DNA of 64,000 bases from an uncultured delta proteobacterium (lineage in GTDB: Bacteria > Desulfobacterota > RBG-13-43-22), in the NCBI GenBank assembly GCA_963843145.1, contig CAWJJC010000028.1, positions 480,001 through 544,000 of the forward strand, written 5' to 3'. The notes under the pieces were generated by a model. The model searched no databases. It saw only the letters and a list, made by a program, of their open reading frames with translations, and was not told the origin of the DNA. This document shows, in pieces, positions 59,948 to 64,000 of the stretch. The position numbers and the translations under genes are program-made. Within the stretch, counting starts at the first letter, position 1. The number at the start of each line of letters is the position of its first letter.

Positions 59948-60050
59948 GTCGTCATTGCGAGGAGTGAAACGACAAAGCAATCCCCTGGAATCAGCTAGTT
60001 GCACAGGAAGATTGCTTCCCCCGGATCAAGTCCGGGGTCGCAATGACGAC
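59948..60050. repeat. REP-like palindrome
   Basis: GTCGTCATTGCGA ... TCGCAATGACGAC with inner gcaatc / gattgc and a ccccgga..tccgggg hairpin. Confidence 0.8.
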
Positions 60051-60108
60051 CTTTTGCGTCTGTCCCATTCCACATACTCTTTTCTGTGCTGATGGAATAA
60101 TGTTTCTT

Positions 60109-60525
60109 ATGGACTCTCGCATCCCACAGGTTGGCGTCGGTGTAATCGTTATCCGTGAGGGTCTCGTTCTCCTGGGCAAGAGAATCGGCTCACTCGGGGC
60201 AGGCACGTGGGCCTTGCCGGGCGGTCATTTGGAGTTCGGCGAGTCCATCGAAGACTGTGCCTCGCGAGAGGTGCTGGAAGAAACCGGGCTCGCGGTTCAA
60301 TCGATCGTTCTTGGTCCATACACTAACAATTTTTTCGCCTCTGAAGGGAAGCACTACGTCACTCTATTTGTCACTGCCTGCTGCCTGACCGGAGAGCCGC
60401 TGGTACTCGAGCCGAACAAGTGCTCCTCGTGGCGATGGTTTCGGTGGTCAGACCTTCCGCATCCTCTGTTTCCGCCGCTGGCTTCGTTGGTACGCTCGGG
60501 CTATGTGCCACACGATGCGCCTTAA
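60109..60525 (+). CDS. NUDIX hydrolase (NUDT15/MutT-like)
   Basis: Nudix box GGHLEFGESIEDCASREVLEETG; EPNKC..WRWF. Confidence 0.9.
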   Translation: MDSRIPQVGVGVIVIREGLVLLGKRIGSLGAGTWALPGGHLEFGESIEDCASREVLEETGLAVQSIVLGPYTNNFFASEGKHYVTLFVTACCLTGEPLVLEPNKCSSWRWFRWSDLPHPLFPPLASLVRSGYVPHDAP

Positions 60526-60576
60526 CCTGGCGCTGGTGAAGATGCAAAAGGCCGCGCTACGTGGAGACGGAGCTAC

Positions 60577-60860
60577 CGCCGGAGGCCCGGGCCGGGCCGG
60601 CGTGATCCGCTACCCGCTGACGCTGACCCGGGCGGTCCATGAGAACAAAGCCGTGCTGACCCTAGGTGGCGCGACGGTCTTCGTGCTGCCGGGAGGCGGG
60701 ATTCCTTTTTATGTGGACGTGGAACAGGTCCAGGCCGGTGCCTTCTCCTGGACGCCCACACCGGCCAAATGCTGCTCAGGGATTACGAGGAAATGGGGGG
60801 GCACGTGGAGGCAGTTAGGCCGTTTACGAGTGTCAAGGGGACGGTGTTCACGCAGAAAAG
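60577..60860 (+). pseudogene. Diverged duplicate of the hnr 3' end
   Basis: Aligns to about 59582-59890 (RAGV.RYPL.LTRAVHENKAVLT...FSWTPTPA) and carries a frameshifting deletion. Confidence 0.85.
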
Positions 60861-60931
60861 AATAAAGGTTAATAAGGGATGAAGCCTTTCTCCTCCTTCC
60901 CGTTTAATCCGGTTCCCAATAAGCAATTTCC

Positions 60932-61435
60932 TTGCGGATGGAACAATGCGTCAACCCCTGCCCTGATCAAACCGCATCATCGGGCGGTGTTGCCTATGCC
61001 GCTTGGGTGTGGCTGCAGATGGAGGCGACTGGCGACACCACAAAGGCGCACGAGCGAGTCGGAAGACTTACTATGGGCAGTCGTTCGCCCACTGAACTTC
61101 CCTGGGGCGCCCCGGCCACCCTGCTCTCGATCAACGTGATGGACTTCATAGATAAGATGGGTGAGAGCGGCAGACCCGGCGCGAGGGCTGACTATGAATT
61201 CCTTTGCGAATCATGTCACCCTTCCTTTCTCCAATTGGCCTACTGGATCATCACAAATATCTCGGCTGCTGATTCAATCAACCCCCTCCTTGAAAAGCGC
61301 ATGGTTGCCCAATTCGATAGAATAGTTTCGTTGCTGGAGGATACATTTGTTTTTGTCCGCTCCAATTCGGACGAGTTGCTGGACACAATTCTGCCGATTG
61401 TCGAGCAAGAGAGCGCCGTTCAAGAAGATCCCTGA
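60932..61435 (+). CDS. Hypothetical protein (start uncertain)
   Basis: Open frame in a lower-GC patch; no motif recognised. Confidence 0.4.
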   Translation: MRMEQCVNPCPDQTASSGGVAYAAWVWLQMEATGDTTKAHERVGRLTMGSRSPTELPWGAPATLLSINVMDFIDKMGESGRPGARADYEFLCESCHPSFLQLAYWIITNISAADSINPLLEKRMVAQFDRIVSLLEDTFVFVRSNSDELLDTILPIVEQESAVQEDP

Positions 61436-61669
61436 ACGCTTCTGCAGGGTGGCGAACCAATTGGGATTGAATGGTCAAAAATAGGGGCAAGCTGCGCGAA
61501 CAAATTGACTTAAAAAAGATTGTTGCCAATCTTGCCTTCTAAAGAAGGGCTATATCGAGTTTTTTTGTGGCAAAAAGGGAGCTTCTCGAAAAAAAGTACG
61601 GCGTACGGCCTGAGGAAAGCGACATTCTTTTCCCGACCGAATCTGACAAGCCGCACGCCATGGGGCAAC

Positions 61670-61777
61670 GCCGCATTACGCAAGTACGCTCGTGCCCTTG
61701 GATGTAGCCTTGATTTGCGTCTGGTCAAGGACTCAGCCAAGGCAAAAATGCATAGTCGAACCGGTAGCTCCACCTAA
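61670..61777 (+). pseudogene. 3' remnant of an XRE/HigA-like HTH antitoxin
   Basis: ALRKYARALGCSLDLRLV resembles the end of XRE antitoxins; the upstream part is unrelated. Confidence 0.5.
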
Positions 61778-61970
61778 CGCCGAAGTATATAGGGCTAATT
61801 CCGTTAAGGTTTTCTCGTATCCCTCTTCCACTTCGCCGCGCTGGTGAGCCCCGTTTTGGCGTCACTTGCGGCGTCGCCATTGCGGCGTTGCCCCGGCGGG
61901 TCGATGCCTGACGATTTTAGATTACATGTTCCGGATATCGGTTATAATTGAATAGAAAGGAGGAAAGTCG

Positions 61971-62189
61971 ATGGCCACAGAATATACAGCAGTCATAAAA
62001 CAAGAAGGCGATTGGTGGGTTGGGTGGATAGAAGAGGTTCCCGGAGTAAACTGTCAGGAACGCAACCGTCAAGAACTAGTTGAAAGCCTGCGGGCAACCC
62101 TGCTGGAGGCAATCGAGTTTAACAGGCAAGATGCAATTGCGTCTGCAGGAATCGGATATCATGAAGAGAAAATAGCTATCCCCGCATGA
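61971..62189 (+). CDS. hicB: HicB-family antitoxin (short form, no DNA-binding domain)
   Basis: YTAVIKQEGDWWVGWIEEVPGVNCQ; RBS AGGAGG. Confidence 0.88.
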   Translation: MATEYTAVIKQEGDWWVGWIEEVPGVNCQERNRQELVESLRATLLEAIEFNRQDAIASAGIGYHEEKIAIPA

Positions 62190-62374
62190 AGAGAACAGAA
62201 TTCCTCAAGTACCTCAGAACACAAGGCTGTGGATTCATCAGAGAAGGAGCCCGGCATTCGTGGTGGGAGAACCCCCGCCAAAACAAACGTTCCTCCGTAC
62301 CGCGACATACTGAAATTAGTGAAAACCTCGCCAGAAAAATATGCAAAGACCTTGGAATTGAACCAAAAAAATAG
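62186..62374 (+). CDS. hicA: HicA-family mRNA interferase toxin
   Basis: REGARHSWW.NP, VPRH.EI...LARKICKDL; ATGA overlap with hicB. Confidence 0.9.
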   Translation: MKRTEFLKYLRTQGCGFIREGARHSWWENPRQNKRSSVPRHTEISENLARKICKDLGIEPKK

Positions 62375-62401
62375 GCCCCAGCTAGCGATTTATATTTAAA
62401 C

Positions 62402-63367
62402 ATGAATGCCTTCAATGGGACCAAAGGCCCTGCCAGGATCTCCACCCCGAAGCCCGAACGCCGAACACTGAACGACTTGCCGCTTCCCTTCCCCAACCCC
62501 ATCCAGGTTCTCCGTCCCGATCTCGTTTTAGTCGATTACGGTCCCATGACCCTGACCATTTCGGCCTGGGCCGAGGGTGAGGCCCGGCCGGTCATTGCCT
62601 CCCGGGCCGCTGTTTTGGCGTTGGATATCCTGGAGGAGCTGGCGGCTGTTCAACCTTTATTGAAAGCACCGGTCGGACGGATCAAAAACCTGAAGGAGTG
62701 CTCGCCTATCCTTCGAAAGGCAATCCAACTAAGCCGAGCGGTTTCTCCGGAGTTGACCGGCCTGGCGTCCGTGGCGGGCCTGGCGGCCGACGCTGTTTTG
62801 GAGGAAGCGGTTCATTTAGGGGCCTCCCGGGTTATCGTCAACAACGGGGGCGATATTGCTCTGAAGGTTTCGGACGGGCACCCGGTCCGGGTGGGGATGA
62901 AAACGCATCCAGAAGGGGAGGTGACTCATTTTCTAGAGATAGCCGCGGAAAATAGCATCGGGGGGGTGGCAACCAGCGGCTGGACCGGGCGTTCTTTTTC
63001 CACTGGGGTAGCGGACGTGGTCACGGTTTGGGCGATGGACTGCGCGATCGCGGATGCCGCGGCAACCTGGATTGCGGCCCGGACAGATGTGAATTCCACC
63101 CGGGTGTCCAGGGCACCCGCCGGAGACCTCGATCCGGAGACCGATATTCCGCTGCTCAAAGTTACCCGGGAAGTCGGACGGCTTAACCCGAAGGAAAAAA
63201 AAGTGGCGTTGGAGACCGGCCTGGCGGAGGCTGGAAGGCTTGTCGCCAAGGGGATTATTCGGGGTGCCTTTTTAGCCGTTCAAGGGGAAACCCGCTGGAT
63301 CGGCGTTCGCGGGGGGCCGGAGCCGAAGCCTTTTATACGAAAAACGAGCGGTCAGGAGCCATTGTGA
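62402..63367 (+). CDS. UPF0280 / ApbE-like flavin transferase family protein
   Basis: SVAG..AD, VNNGGDIA, GVATSG, SFS.GVAD.VTV, ADAAAT; no signal peptide. Confidence 0.82.
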   Translation: MNAFNGTKGPARISTPKPERRTLNDLPLPFPNPIQVLRPDLVLVDYGPMTLTISAWAEGEARPVIASRAAVLALDILEELAAVQPLLKAPVGRIKNLKECSPILRKAIQLSRAVSPELTGLASVAGLAADAVLEEAVHLGASRVIVNNGGDIALKVSDGHPVRVGMKTHPEGEVTHFLEIAAENSIGGVATSGWTGRSFSTGVADVVTVWAMDCAIADAAATWIAARTDVNSTRVSRAPAGDLDPETDIPLLKVTREVGRLNPKEKKVALETGLAEAGRLVAKGIIRGAFLAVQGETRWIGVRGGPEPKPFIRKTSGQEPL

Positions 63368-63485
63368 ACCTGCTTTTGCGGTTCACCTTTTGAATTCACT
63401 TCAGATGGCGGGATGACGATGGGTAATGCTATTTCTATCTTTGAGCCCGTTAATAAAACCAGTGTGGACGTTCCCTTTTCGGCCT

Positions 63486-64000
63486 TATTGGGTGAGCGCC
63501 GGTAAAATGAGAGCCAGTTTGGGGAAAGAGCATTAAGAGGATGGCATTGATGATGATGGCGATCAGAAAGGGGAAGATCCCCTTAAAGATGGTCTCCAGG
63601 GGGAGCTCCGGAGCGATTCCCTTAATCACATAGACGTTGACCCCCACCGGGGGGGTAATGACCCCCATTTCACTGATCAGGACCACCATGACCCCGAACC
63701 AGATCGGGTCGAAGCCGAAACGGAGGACGACCGGATAGATGACCGGGACGGTCAGGACCACGAGGGCCATGGAGTCCATAAAACAGCCCCCACCAGATAC
63801 ATGAAAAGGATAATCCCCATAATCACGAACGGCGGCACGGGGAGCCCCGAGACCCAATCGGCCAGAATAAAGGGGATGGTGGTAACCGCCATGAAATGGC
63901 CGAAGAGCACGGCACAGGCGATAATGCACAGAACCATGCAGGAGGTCCGCAGTCCGCTCTGGGTCGCTTCCAGAAATACCCGCCAGTTGAACTCCCGGCG
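63486..64000 (-). CDS. TRAP transporter large permease DctM, C-terminal part, with two apparent 1-nt frameshifts
   Basis: ..FMYLVG|GCFMD..., GFDPIWFG, ITPPVGVN. Frameshifts at the G run near 63790 and near 63520 (the corrected end reads ..LALILPALTQ*). Confidence 0.85.

Noticed and set aside
1-64000. tRNA, rRNA, integrase or IS transposase genes
   Set aside because: None recognised on either strand by eye.

Overview
A ~55% GC bacterial chromosome segment; the argS-SPOR-GNAT-secA-argJ and pgpA-cinA-thpR-recA-alaS gene orders suggest a deltaproteobacterium (Desulfobacterota), which is an inference. The left part (1-38 kb) carries housekeeping genes (nrdJ, ade, argJ, secA, argS, alr, alaS, recA, cinA, pgpA), a cytoplasmic Mo-bisPGD oxidoreductase/ferredoxin/methyltransferase operon, a decaying two-component locus and a small island relic (HsdR'-RadC chimera, ERCC4 nuclease, 63-aa SSB-tail-like protein, four-helix-bundle gene). 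At 38-40 kb a WYL regulator lies near an unannotated 49-aa membrane peptide whose promoter has PafBC-like geometry; the palindrome in that promoter also overlaps a divergent promoter pointing to the recA operon. The right part (40-63.4 kb) is an anaerobic nicotinate-type catabolic cluster: enamidase, 6-hydroxynicotinate reductase, a three-subunit molybdenum hydroxylase, a CoA-acylating aldehyde dehydrogenase, an ApbE-like protein, DUF1185, an XRE-cupin regulator and two ABC importers. A small insertion hot spot (NUDIX, hnr 3' duplicate, hicBA) interrupts it. Many intergenic spaces hold structured repeats: heptamer-periodic inverted repeats (filled with a four-helix-bundle gene, empty, or nested), REP-like palindromes, and a two-hairpin element with complementary loops. 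Several single-base frameshifts, mostly in homopolymers, suggest possible sequencing indels. All assignments come from reading motifs by eye; no searches were run.
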